The notes under the pieces: generated by a model
Database searches by the model: none
Told to the model about the DNA's origin: nothing
What the model saw: the letters and a program-made list of their open reading frames with translations, nothing else
Translations under genes and position numbers: made by a program
Shown: piece by piece, positions 19,660 to 29,125 of the stretch
How the letters are laid out: the number at the start of each line of letters is the position of its first letter
Numbering within the stretch: position 1 is the first letter of the stretch
Assembly (NCBI GenBank): GCA_020632035.1
Contig: JACKGG010000003.1
Coordinates: forward strand, 36,534 to 100,533
DNA length: 64,000 bases
Source: Candidatus Nomurabacteria bacterium
Lineage (GTDB): Bacteria; Patescibacteriota; Minisyncoccia; Phycocordibacterales; UBA918
Direction: 5' to 3'

Positions 19660-20673
19660 CTACTTGTTCCATAATAACTTTATAAGTTTCCACAGACCTC
19701 GGGCAAGTAGCAATAACACAATTCCGTAAATTGCTAGACGAAGTGTCCAAAGAATAAAGATTCCGAAGAAAGCAGACAGACCGATTAGCGTGTCGGTGTA
19801 TGCATCACGCAATTCATCCCAAGCCCGTTCCCACTTTTGAGAATCTTTATTTAGGAAGATCGGATTCGAACGACTTACATTGACTGAAAACTCCACCACC
19901 CCCAATCTTTCATCAAGGTCGGCTGATTGTTGATAGAGATTGTTTAGTTGACTAGTGAGACTAATCTTTCTTTGCGTCAGTTGGTCGATTAGTGCCAAAC
20001 TCTCGTTTACTCTTTTTGAAAGGGTGGCTACGTCATCGCTGGTTAGGTAGAAGTCTGTCAGGTTATTGAGTTGAGTTTCGGCAGTTGTTAAAGAACGCTC
20101 AACACTGGCCAGCTGTTGTTGCAATATACTGGTCTGACTTTGTAGTTGTTGTTTGTGCTTGGTTACTGAGGAAGTGTTACGAGTGTATTCTACTCCCTGA
20201 TAGCCTGCCAAAGTACCCAGTACATTTTCTGATTTATTTTCAACTACATAAAAAATAGAGTTACAGTTGTTGGTCGATTCGTTTAGACTTTTGAAATGAA
20301 TTTCTGTATCAGCTTTTAGATTTTTTATTGTGTTACAAAACTCATTAAATTGTTTAGTTTTACCGCTAACTAAATATGAAGTAGTTTCGTATGTTTCGAG
20401 TTCAGAAGTATATCCGTTTGGAGCAGGAACTGGTGGGTAGTACATCGCATCTCGATCACTAAGACCCATTTCTTCAGTCACGGCCATTTTACCAGCGTAT
20501 GACGGAGCGGTTGGCGAGACCGCGTTGTAGTCGTATGAGTCAAAAGAACCATCGTTTAGTCCAGTACTTGAAGAAAAGAGATTTACTATTCCCCAGAAAA
20601 TTACTAGTCCGATTAAAAGAAGAATTCCAATTCCTGCAAAACGAACATATTTATTTTGTAAAAGTGATGGCAT
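19660..20673 (-). CDS. membrane protein with central coiled coil (DUF4349-like architecture)
   Basis: 337 aa. N-terminal TM, Q/L-rich coiled coil, C-terminal TM pair. Confidence 0.6.
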   Translation of the reverse strand: MPSLLQNKYVRFAGIGILLLIGLVIFWGIVNLFSSSTGLNDGSFDSYDYNAVSPTAPSYAGKMAVTEEMGLSDRDAMYYPPVPAPNGYTSELETYETTSYLVSGKTKQFNEFCNTIKNLKADTEIHFKSLNESTNNCNSIFYVVENKSENVLGTLAGYQGVEYTRNTSSVTKHKQQLQSQTSILQQQLASVERSLTTAETQLNNLTDFYLTSDDVATLSKRVNESLALIDQLTQRKISLTSQLNNLYQQSADLDERLGVVEFSVNVSRSNPIFLNKDSQKWERAWDELRDAYTDTLIGLSAFFGIFILWTLRLAIYGIVLLLLARGLWKLIKLLWNK

Positions 20674-20712
20674 AAAATATTTTTAGCTTATTACAAATAT
20701 TGTAACACAAAT

Positions 20713-20745
20713 AAAACCGGCGCGCCCGAAGGGCGCGCCTGTTTT
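20713..20745. terminator. GC-rich hairpin (aaaaccGGCGCGCCcgaaGGGCGCGCCtgtttt)
   Basis: Seen in sequence. Related in sequence to the hairpin at 23824-23858 on the other side of the RM gene. Confidence 0.6.
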
Positions 20746-20768
20746 AAAAGTATAAATAGATTTACACC

Positions 20769-23700
20769 TTATAATGCACTGTCAATATTTTTCATAATTC
20801 GGTCGGTTTCGGTCAGGGCGACAATTATCTTTTGATAGTGTTCAATATCTTCGTTGGTGAGCTGTCTGCCTTTTCGGTCTTTGAGCCATTTTTGGGCTGG
20901 CTGATAACCACCGATGTAGAAATTCCAAGCGACTTCTGGCACATCGCCAAAATACTGTTCTTTATTGATGTGTACTCTACCATCAGCAAAAGATACCTTG
21001 TCGACAGTGTCGTCACCCTCTTCTGGGAAGGAAGTAATATATTGACTGACTTTTGGTGATTTTAGTAAATGAATTTCACGCAGTTCTTTTCCGTACTTCA
21101 CTAATTTCCAAAAGGCGTCCTTGGTTTCTGGATATGGTACTCGAGGAAAATCAATTTTAAGAAATTCTTTATACTTTTCTCGGTAGCTTGGTGAATGTAG
21201 AACAGCATAAATATAATCAAGAATATCCTCGGGTGTCGTCGTTCCGACGACACCCTCAATCTCCCCAACAATCTTCTCGTCAAAGTTAGAAGTCTTTGTG
21301 CCGTCTTCGTTGAATATATATAAAGGATAGATCTGCTCTGCTCCCAACATTCCTGGCCTAGACCACGAACGTCTATCTATAATAGAATCAGAAACATAAC
21401 ATGGTGATGATTTTTCTTCTGACATTCCTCTTTTGGCTATAAAACCTATATTGTTAGTTAACATCTCCTTCATTACACTATAACGAGGTCTCCACCAAAG
21501 TCCTTGGCTATTTGGAGAATATAAAGTATGTCTTTTATCAAACGGTCGATAGAGTATCTCTACGCTATCTTGCATGGCATTATCAATATCTCTTTTCACT
21601 TGTTCAGATTTGTCCAGTTTTAAACCGTATACAGATGCAATTTCTTTCACTTCATTATTTTCAATAAACTGCTTTAAATCCGTAATATTTTTTGCCTCAA
21701 AGGCGACAATAAAATCATCTTTTCCAGATTCAATTCCAGATGTAGCTTTTTCAAAAACATTATTAACAGAGAAGCCTTTTTCGTATTCTCCTTGAGCGCC
21801 AAAATCCTTTGGAACAAAAAAATGATATGGTTCGACATTTTCTAATTTAGTCCATTTAACTTTTTCAAACGGGACAGAGTTCAATTGTTCAAATTTATCT
21901 TTTCGGAGTCCAAATAATTCTGAGTGGTGTATGGTTCCTAGGCCTTTTTTATCTTCATTTTTACGAACGAAAATATTGATTGACACACCCTGTTGAATAT
22001 TGAAAACATTTTCGTCTTTACTACCGTCTGGTGCAGTTTCTTTTTTCTTTGAGTTGCCATGCAGGTCGTAAATATAAATATCATCAAAAGTCTCGAGCAA
22101 GTGCTTGCGCATTTGTCGGTGAGTAATGCCGTCTATAAAAGAGTTGTTGGTAATCATCGCTACTACTCCAGACTTATTTTTTTCTACAAAGTGTTCAGCA
22201 AAACGAATAAATTTTATGTAGTCATCGTCAAGATTAATTTTCTTTTCGTTTAAATCTTTTTTGTAGACTTTTATTTGCTCTTGTATCCACTCGCCTTTAT
22301 TGGAGGAGCTGACACTATATGGAGGGTTGCCCACCACTACCATCACTTGCGTATCATTTTTTATTACTCCCGCTTCTTTGGATTCATTGGCTATGCTTTG
22401 AGCGAGGCCAAAAGCAATCGAGGCTTGATTGTCTTCTGATTTCTCTAGTGCATTTGTAAGGTAAATACCAAGACGTTCTAAAAAGTAGTGAAAACCAGTT
22501 TCTTTGAAGGCCAAACTAAGCTTGAGGTGAGCAATCGTGTATGGCGCCATCATCAACTCAAAGCCATGAAGTCGAGGTAAAAGTTCTCGGTGCACGTAGG
22601 TAGTCCAGCGACCTTTTTGCTTTTGCTTTAAGATTCGTTCGTAGATAACATAAATAACTCGACTGATAAAAGTACCAGTACCAACAGCTGGGTCGAGGAT
22701 TTGAACTTTGTGTGTGCCGTCTGGTAGCTTGGTTGTGTCGGCCAAGCCCTGCCCTAATCCAAAGTCTTTTTCCAAGATTTTATCAACCGCCCGAACGATG
22801 AAATTTACCACTGGTAGTGGAGTGTAGTAGGCGCCCATTTTCTTTCTTAGGTCTGGGTCGTACTCTTTGAGGAAGTCTTCGTAGAAGTGAATAATTGGAT
22901 CAGCTTCACCCATGTATTCCTCAACTAATTTTTTGGTATCGGCGTGCAAAAAAACTTCACATAGTTCATCTACAATATAGCGAAGTCGTTTATCAAACGT
23001 CGGCCCTGCTATGTGGTCGAAAAAATGTCTAAGGAACGGATTGGAGGCCGGCACCAAATCGCGTGCTTCTTGTCGAGAGAAATTTTGCAATGAGTCATCA
23101 TGATAACGAGCGACAAAAAGGCCGTAGACTAATGTCTGAGCATACATATCGGCAAAAGTTTCATCGGTAAGGTCGTGAACAAGCATTTGCTTTAAGGTAT
23201 CGTAGACATGCAACAGCTCACTGTTTTTGCTAGATTCAACTGAGATAAATTGTTTTAGGTTGTCACGAATACGCCTTCCTTTACCGCCCATAATCTTGGC
23301 CAAGTGAGAACCTCTTTTGATGGGTTCTTTTTGTTCAACCACAAAGTCGCGGACAGTACGTTCAAGGGTTTCATTTTGACCGAGGCAAGGGATTATAGTT
23401 TTCCCTTTCGAGTCTAGAGATGCTAGCGAAATTGGCTCATTGTATTTTTGTCCGTTTCGGAAAAAACGAAACTCAACATAGTCACTTATTATGAGATTTG
23501 TATAACCAAAATAACGCTCTGCTTGTTCTGATGCTTCGATCTTATCCAAATTTTCACCAACTTTTTTTACTTCTATATATAAAAGAGGAACTTGGTTTTT
23601 TAAGATAATAAAATCTGGTTTGTTCCCGTCGATAGTGCGTTGGTCGTGTTGGATATGGTAATTTTGTTCGGCTGGGAAAATAGTCGCCAGATAATTTTGA

Positions 23701-23786
23701 AAAGCTGTGCGGTAGGACATCTCGGAGCTGTTTTCATCGGAAAGATATTTTGAGATTTCGTGCAGATATTCGGTGGCTGGATTCAT
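20769..23786 (-). CDS. Type IIG/IIL restriction-modification fusion enzyme (MmeI-like: N-terminal PD-(D/E)xK nuclease + N6-adenine MTase + TRD)
   Basis: 1005 aa. N-terminal 'NKPDFIIL...LYIEVKK' (D...ExK). 'VVVGNPPYSVSS' (NPPY motif IV). SAM-binding 'DPAVGTGTF'. Confidence 0.75.
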   Translation of the reverse strand: MNPATEYLHEISKYLSDENSSEMSYRTAFQNYLATIFPAEQNYHIQHDQRTIDGNKPDFIILKNQVPLLYIEVKKVGENLDKIEASEQAERYFGYTNLIISDYVEFRFFRNGQKYNEPISLASLDSKGKTIIPCLGQNETLERTVRDFVVEQKEPIKRGSHLAKIMGGKGRRIRDNLKQFISVESSKNSELLHVYDTLKQMLVHDLTDETFADMYAQTLVYGLFVARYHDDSLQNFSRQEARDLVPASNPFLRHFFDHIAGPTFDKRLRYIVDELCEVFLHADTKKLVEEYMGEADPIIHFYEDFLKEYDPDLRKKMGAYYTPLPVVNFIVRAVDKILEKDFGLGQGLADTTKLPDGTHKVQILDPAVGTGTFISRVIYVIYERILKQKQKGRWTTYVHRELLPRLHGFELMMAPYTIAHLKLSLAFKETGFHYFLERLGIYLTNALEKSEDNQASIAFGLAQSIANESKEAGVIKNDTQVMVVVGNPPYSVSSSNKGEWIQEQIKVYKKDLNEKKINLDDDYIKFIRFAEHFVEKNKSGVVAMITNNSFIDGITHRQMRKHLLETFDDIYIYDLHGNSKKKETAPDGSKDENVFNIQQGVSINIFVRKNEDKKGLGTIHHSELFGLRKDKFEQLNSVPFEKVKWTKLENVEPYHFFVPKDFGAQGEYEKGFSVNNVFEKATSGIESGKDDFIVAFEAKNITDLKQFIENNEVKEIASVYGLKLDKSEQVKRDIDNAMQDSVEILYRPFDKRHTLYSPNSQGLWWRPRYSVMKEMLTNNIGFIAKRGMSEEKSSPCYVSDSIIDRRSWSRPGMLGAEQIYPLYIFNEDGTKTSNFDEKIVGEIEGVVGTTTPEDILDYIYAVLHSPSYREKYKEFLKIDFPRVPYPETKDAFWKLVKYGKELREIHLLKSPKVSQYITSFPEEGDDTVDKVSFADGRVHINKEQYFGDVPEVAWNFYIGGYQPAQKWLKDRKGRQLTNEDIEHYQKIIVALTETDRIMKNIDSAL

Positions 23787-23823
23787 AACAAAAAGAGTAC
23801 CACTTTGTATGGGTTTTTACTAC

Positions 23824-23858
23824 AAAACCGGCGCGTCCCAAAGGGACGCGCCGGTTTA
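23824..23858. terminator. GC-rich hairpin (aaaaCCGGCGCGTCCCaaaGGGACGCGCCGGttt)
   Basis: Seen in sequence. Confidence 0.6.
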
Positions 23859-23872
23859 TCATAATATTAATT

Positions 23873-24766
23873 TTATTTTCCGTACTGATTCAATACAGCA
23901 TTCACTCCGGCCAAGTTCCTTGTCCACTCAATACTGGTTCTCCCCTCTAGTTCGACTGTCACCGCTGGAATACCAATTGAGGCCAACCAACCTTCAGCGT
24001 CGCCAGTGATTGGGTAAGCGTCGAAAACTGGAACGGCTCCGTAATTACCGGCGACAGAATATGCGTTCATCAGAGTGAGAGTTTCAGGTAAAACGCCATT
24101 TTCGCATTCAGAAGCATAGACGTTGTTGGCTTGGCTGTGCCAGAAGACAACTGCCTCTGGAGAAATAGTGGCGACATAATCACGCAGAGCTTGTGCCTCT
24201 GGTTCTGAGAAAGCCGAAGTCCCTGCGCTAACAGTTGCTCCCCTCCAACTACTCGTTGGTGCCCACTTACAATCAAAGTTTCGGTTGAGATCAACATCGT
24301 TGGCGTTAAACCTCCCAGCGCCCGAAGTGTGCATGGCGTTAGAGGAAATATCTGTTGCTTCAAACCTCCTTTCAAGACCGGTAGCCAAGAATAGCCCATC
24401 TGGATTTAAGTTGGGAATAATATGTACCTTCACATTGTCTGGAATTACGCTTAGATTATTCTCAAAATAATCAATCATTTCGTAAGCGAGCAGAATACTA
24501 TTCCATTCGTATCCACCATGCATCCCGCCGACAAAGAGTAAGTCGGTATCACCGGTGCCTATAGTATAGGTTTCGATTTCTCTACCTTGCACAGATTTGC
24601 CAATGACAGAATGTGTCGTCGTAGGTATTTCTGGAACGACTTCTGGCTCGACAATTGTTTCTGGAACTATTTCAATCACCGGCTCTTTGTTTGTCAGTAG
24701 AACGTAAAGTGTCCCTACCACCAGTAGAGACACTACGCCAACTATTATTTTAGTTGTATGCTTCAT
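23873..24766 (-). CDS. membrane-anchored M14-family zinc carboxypeptidase (gamma-D-Glu-DAP peptidase-like)
   Basis: 297 aa. 'MHGGYEWNS' (HxxE), 'NLNPDG', 'DLNRNFDC', 'FWHSQ'. N-terminal TM. Confidence 0.8.
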   Translation of the reverse strand: MKHTTKIIVGVVSLLVVGTLYVLLTNKEPVIEIVPETIVEPEVVPEIPTTTHSVIGKSVQGREIETYTIGTGDTDLLFVGGMHGGYEWNSILLAYEMIDYFENNLSVIPDNVKVHIIPNLNPDGLFLATGLERRFEATDISSNAMHTSGAGRFNANDVDLNRNFDCKWAPTSSWRGATVSAGTSAFSEPEAQALRDYVATISPEAVVFWHSQANNVYASECENGVLPETLTLMNAYSVAGNYGAVPVFDAYPITGDAEGWLASIGIPAVTVELEGRTSIEWTRNLAGVNAVLNQYGK

Positions 24767-24768
24767 TG

Positions 24769-25737
24769 TTATTCAGCGTAAGCTTTTAGAACCGCTTCGA
24801 TACCAGCTTTGTTCTTAGTCCATTCGGTATTTTTGTAGTCAGTAAGTAGAACTGAGATTGCTGGGATACCTTGCTTGGCCATCCAGTTCACCATATCTCC
24901 AGTTATCGGATAAGCATCGAAGGTAGCTTCAGCTGGGTATCCAGCCGCAGTCGCATATGTAGCTGCCATTTCCACTGATGCGTTGTTTGGAACTTTTTCA
25001 CAAGCAGATGGATAAACTTTTCCTTCAGCACTGAATAGCACAATTGCTGCATTTGGATCATAGGTCTCTACGTAGTTTCTAAGTGCTTGAGCTTCTGGCT
25101 CAGAAAATACTGAGCTTCCCCCACTAACTTTTTGGTCTCTCCAGACACCTTCGGCAGACCACTCACAATCAAAGTTTCGGTTTAGGTCAACATTGTTTAC
25201 ATTAAACCTTCCTTGTGTCCCGGTCATAGCTAGTCCATCAGGATTTAGATTTGGAATAATTGTTAGCATGACACCTTCAGGTATTGTATCGGGGTTTGCT
25301 TGGAAGTACTCAACTGCTTCGTTTGCAAGAGCTGAAGTATTTGGTGAATAACTTCCATGTGTTCCACCCACCAGCAATACTTCAGTATCACCAGTTCCAA
25401 AGTGGTAAGCAGTGATGTCATCTCCATTTACTGAAGTACCAATATTTGTTTCGTCTTCTCTTTCCATCATTTCAACTTCTTCAATTGGGGTTGCGCCGTC
25501 ACCAATTCCTTCGTCTGGTTCTACTGGAAGTATTTCGTCACTTGTTGGTTTTTCAACCACCACTGTAGTATCTCCACCGTTATTAAGTAATAAATATGAT
25601 ATAGCACCAATTAGCACTAATACCAGGATCCCAATTACAATATTTTTTGAATTCATATACCTATATTGTATGACAGTATGGTCATACTGGCTAATATGGC
25701 TTAAAGTATACTTATAATACTGCAGTAAAGTCACCAA
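24769..25737 (-). CDS. membrane-anchored M14-family zinc carboxypeptidase, tandem paralog
   Basis: 322 aa. 'NLNPDG', 'DLNRNFDCEW'. N-terminal TM. Paralog of the 23873-24766 product. Confidence 0.8.
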   Translation of the reverse strand: MVTLLQYYKYTLSHISQYDHTVIQYRYMNSKNIVIGILVLVLIGAISYLLLNNGGDTTVVVEKPTSDEILPVEPDEGIGDGATPIEEVEMMEREDETNIGTSVNGDDITAYHFGTGDTEVLLVGGTHGSYSPNTSALANEAVEYFQANPDTIPEGVMLTIIPNLNPDGLAMTGTQGRFNVNNVDLNRNFDCEWSAEGVWRDQKVSGGSSVFSEPEAQALRNYVETYDPNAAIVLFSAEGKVYPSACEKVPNNASVEMAATYATAAGYPAEATFDAYPITGDMVNWMAKQGIPAISVLLTDYKNTEWTKNKAGIEAVLKAYAE

Positions 25738-25760
25738 GCGACTTTACCAAAACTTTAAGT

Positions 25761-28196
25761 TCAAGACACATTTAACTCCTCCTCGGTAAAATCTGCCCTA
25801 GTAAGGGGTATTGGAGTTCCTTTTTTAGCCACCCCCGAAATAATTTTTTGAGCAACTTTTTCTTCTATAACATCTTGCAATACTCTTTGCATTGGTCTTG
25901 CGCCAAACTCAGGGTGATAACCCTTTTCTACCAAGACTGCTAGCAAATCTTCACTAACATTAATTTCATAACCTTTATCCCTCACTCTCTGATATAAGCC
26001 ACCAAGCATAAGACTGGCCACTTCTGTTTGTTGTGACACAGACAATGGTTCAAAAATAATCGTGCTATCAAATCGGTTGATTAGTTCAGGTCGGTAAATT
26101 CCTTTTTTTACAATATGATTAATAATTTCTTGGTCTAAGTGAGACAACTCTTTTCGTTGTTGGACAGTTTTAAGAATTAACTGACTGCCCGCGTTTGAAG
26201 TAGCAACAATGATAGTGTTGCGAGCATTTATTTTCATTCCTCTGGCGTCTGTAAAAATTCCTTCATCAAGCACCTGCAGAAAAAGGTCATGCACAGACTG
26301 GGTGGCTTTTTCAAATTCATCTAGTAGAAGTACTGAGTATGGATGTTCGCGAAGTATATTTGGTAGGGCTCCCGCTTCTTCTGAGTTTCCAATTAGTTTT
26401 TCCAAAGCGTCTGCCCCACTGTATTCAGACATATCTAGTCTTTGCATCTTGCCTTCTCCACCGAAGAATATTTTAGCCAGCGCTTTAGCTGTCTCCGTTT
26501 TTCCTACCCCAGTTGGACCTAAAAATAAGAATGAACCAATTGGTTTCTCTGAAGATTGAATCCCTGCCCGAGCTCTGCGCATAGCGCGAGCAATGGCACT
26601 AAGGGCCACATTCTGTCCTATCACTTGTTGGTGCAGGCGGTCTTCTAAATGTAGAAGTAGATCTCGTTCGGAGTCTTGAATTGGTCCGGCCGGAACACCG
26701 GTCTTATCGCTAATAACTTTGTGTACAAAATCTTCAGTGATTATAAAAGTTTTTGTTTCACTAGCTTTAGCAGCCACGTCGACTAGTAGTTCAATGGCTT
26801 TGTCTGGCATAACTCCCTCCACGATGTATCTTTCTGCTGAAGTGGTGATGGCGTGTAAGCCTGCGTAGGTAAAAAGTATTCCGTATCTAGCTTCATTTTG
26901 TAAAGCAATATTTTGTAAAACCCGAGTAGTAGCGGAAAGGTCGGGACTTTCTACTAAAACTTCGGCAAAACGCCGGACAAACGAGCCCAGGGTTTCTAGG
27001 TATGTATGGTATGAACTGGGAGTATCTGTAGCTATGACCTGTATTTGTGGCAGGGCCAGGTATTGATCGAGAAGTTCAGGGATAAATACACCAAGGGTTT
27101 TTGCTTCGCGAATAAAAGTGCTTATACTTTCAATCACAACAATGGTATTGCCAGCCAGCGTTGCTTCGTCAAACATTTTTATAAAAGTCATTTCGAATGA
27201 CTGCTTGTCACGGTGTGAAGCAAATAAACGCTTGGTATCGAGAACAATTATTCTCTTGCCGGCAATTGCTGCTAGTGACTTTCCGAGTTGCATCCGACGA
27301 GAAATCTCCATGACCAAGTCCATTTTTCCGACCCCAGCCTCACCAATAAGTAGTACGTTAGCGGCTTGTGATCTGGCTAAGGATGATTCAATCTCAGTAA
27401 TTTTCTCAGTCCCAAAACTACTGTCTGTATGAATAGCGGAAAAAACTGAAGTGGTGCGTATGTCTCGGGAGAATCGCTCTAGAGTAAAAGCTGTACCGTA
27501 CGTCCATTCCCTACCAACGCCAGTAGTGTGAGACAGATTGTCTTTACTCCACCATCTAGCCAATCTTTTTTCCTGATGGTAAGTACCGACCACCCAACGC
27601 AACGAACCCAGAAAGATATCCTCACTTACTCCAGCTGACTTCAGCATATTTTGGAATTCTTGGTCATGAGTGAGAATGTATTTTCCAAGACCAATTAGGC
27701 TAAAAATCTCATTTTCCGGAAGTGTAACTACCGAAGCCGGTATGACTTGTCTAGGTGAGCGCAAGAATTCTGCCACCCTTTCTGGATCTAAGCCACTTCT
27801 AATTATTGCTGAAGAGCCAAATTGCGAGTTACAAAAAGCCAAGGTCACATCACTTTGATTCTTTAAAACCGCTTCAGCCACATCATAGGTCGCTCCTGCA
27901 ATGGATTCCTCCTCTATTCCAATAACTGAATTGAGTCCTCTAAAAAAGTAACTATTATGAAAAGAAAAAATAAGCATTTGCTCAAACCAAAAAGCACCGA
28001 GTATAAATGTTCCACCTAAGAACCTCCCAGTATAATCTCCATCAAAAAAGAAAAAAGTGATAAAGGTACCCAGCCCACAGATCACCATTCCAGCAAAAGA
28101 AATTTTTCTCAGTATTGATAAAGTCTTACGACTAACTAAAGAATTCAGCTTTAGAGCGGGTTGGTATGTCTGGATACTGTCTAGGAGATTGTTCAT
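25761..28196 (-). CDS. membrane-anchored ClpA/ClpB-like AAA+ ATPase with degenerate NBD1 and intact NBD2
   Basis: 811 aa. N-terminal TM helices. NBD1 'GEAGVGKMD' with no DE Walker B. NBD2 'GPTGVGKTETAKALA', 'LLLDEFEKA', sensor-2 'GARPMQR'. Confidence 0.75.
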   Translation of the reverse strand: MNNLLDSIQTYQPALKLNSLVSRKTLSILRKISFAGMVICGLGTFITFFFFDGDYTGRFLGGTFILGAFWFEQMLIFSFHNSYFFRGLNSVIGIEEESIAGATYDVAEAVLKNQSDVTLAFCNSQFGSSAIIRSGLDPERVAEFLRSPRQVIPASVVTLPENEIFSLIGLGKYILTHDQEFQNMLKSAGVSEDIFLGSLRWVVGTYHQEKRLARWWSKDNLSHTTGVGREWTYGTAFTLERFSRDIRTTSVFSAIHTDSSFGTEKITEIESSLARSQAANVLLIGEAGVGKMDLVMEISRRMQLGKSLAAIAGKRIIVLDTKRLFASHRDKQSFEMTFIKMFDEATLAGNTIVVIESISTFIREAKTLGVFIPELLDQYLALPQIQVIATDTPSSYHTYLETLGSFVRRFAEVLVESPDLSATTRVLQNIALQNEARYGILFTYAGLHAITTSAERYIVEGVMPDKAIELLVDVAAKASETKTFIITEDFVHKVISDKTGVPAGPIQDSERDLLLHLEDRLHQQVIGQNVALSAIARAMRRARAGIQSSEKPIGSFLFLGPTGVGKTETAKALAKIFFGGEGKMQRLDMSEYSGADALEKLIGNSEEAGALPNILREHPYSVLLLDEFEKATQSVHDLFLQVLDEGIFTDARGMKINARNTIIVATSNAGSQLILKTVQQRKELSHLDQEIINHIVKKGIYRPELINRFDSTIIFEPLSVSQQTEVASLMLGGLYQRVRDKGYEINVSEDLLAVLVEKGYHPEFGARPMQRVLQDVIEEKVAQKIISGVAKKGTPIPLTRADFTEEELNVS

Positions 28197-28199
28197 AAT

Positions 28200-28589
28200 T
28201 TAAGCAATTAAAAGAGTTAGACCAAAAACAAACATAGCCACAATAATAAGTGGCAGGGCTACCCAAAGAGTATAAAGCGCAAAACCAGCAACCACCAATA
28301 AAAGTAAGCAAAAAAGACCAAGCGAAATAATAGAAGACCTGAGAATAAAACCAACTATTCTAGACAAGAGGCCAATTATTACGTAGCCAGCCAGGTCTTC
28401 TAAGTTAAAGCCTCGCCCCCGACTCTCGGTGATTCTTTTCCAAGGCTCAAACCATGAGCGTATAAGCTGTGGCATTGAAAAGAAGTGAACTATAAACCAA
28501 ATAAAATTAAACCAAACATGGAAAATTTCCGAGAAGGCACGCGTGTAGTGCCAAAGCAAATAGTTTTGCACGATCGAAAGAAAGAGCAT
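28200..28589 (-). CDS. small polytopic membrane protein
   Basis: 129 aa, three hydrophobic segments. 4-bp gap to the downstream AAA+ gene. Confidence 0.55.
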   Translation of the reverse strand: MLFLSIVQNYLLWHYTRAFSEIFHVWFNFIWFIVHFFSMPQLIRSWFEPWKRITESRGRGFNLEDLAGYVIIGLLSRIVGFILRSSIISLGLFCLLLLVVAGFALYTLWVALPLIIVAMFVFGLTLLIA

Positions 28590-28640
28590 AGTTGGTTTAT
28601 TATATCAGAGGAATTTAAAGACTTAGTTTATTTTTAAAAC

Positions 28641-28676
28641 AAAAGTGGCGTGCCCGAAGGCACGCCACTTTTGTTT
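28641..28676. terminator. GC-rich hairpin terminator
   Basis: aaaagtggcgtgcccgaaggcacgccacttttgttt. Confidence 0.65.
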
Positions 28677-28692
28677 AATCAAAGTAAATTAA

Positions 28693-28956
28693 TTACGCAG
28701 CCATTTCGTCTGAAGTGTCATCAGAAGCATCGTCAGCTACTGGAGCTGAAGCGTCGTCTGAAGCTCGTTGAACATTTCCTGCAGCAGGACCCTTTGGACC
28801 TTCTTCAATGTCAAAAGTAACCATGTCACCTTCGTTTAGAGAATCAAAATCGATGTCTACTAGTGCAGAAGCGTGGAAGAATACATCCTTATCTCCGCTT
28901 TCTGGCTTGATAAATCCGTAACCTTCGTCTCGCTTTCGTACAATTGAACCTTTCAT
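28693..28956 (-). CDS. cold-shock protein CspA family with acidic C-terminal tail
   Basis: 'GFIKPESGDKDVFFHASAL' RNP motifs. 87 aa. Confidence 0.9.
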   Translation of the reverse strand: MKGSIVRKRDEGYGFIKPESGDKDVFFHASALVDIDFDSLNEGDMVTFDIEEGPKGPAAGNVQRASDDASAPVADDASDDTSDEMAA

Positions 28957-29125
28957 ATATTTTTGTTTGCTTTATTTTTAACTACAAAACTTCACTGCGC
29001 TTTCTCGTCTTCTCAAACTTCAAGAGGAGCTTCGTTTCGTACCAGCATTAAAGCATATCTCTAACTAAATACAAGTAGTTTGTTAAAAATGTATGACTTA
29101 AGGCACCTCGGCGCCTTTCCATGTT

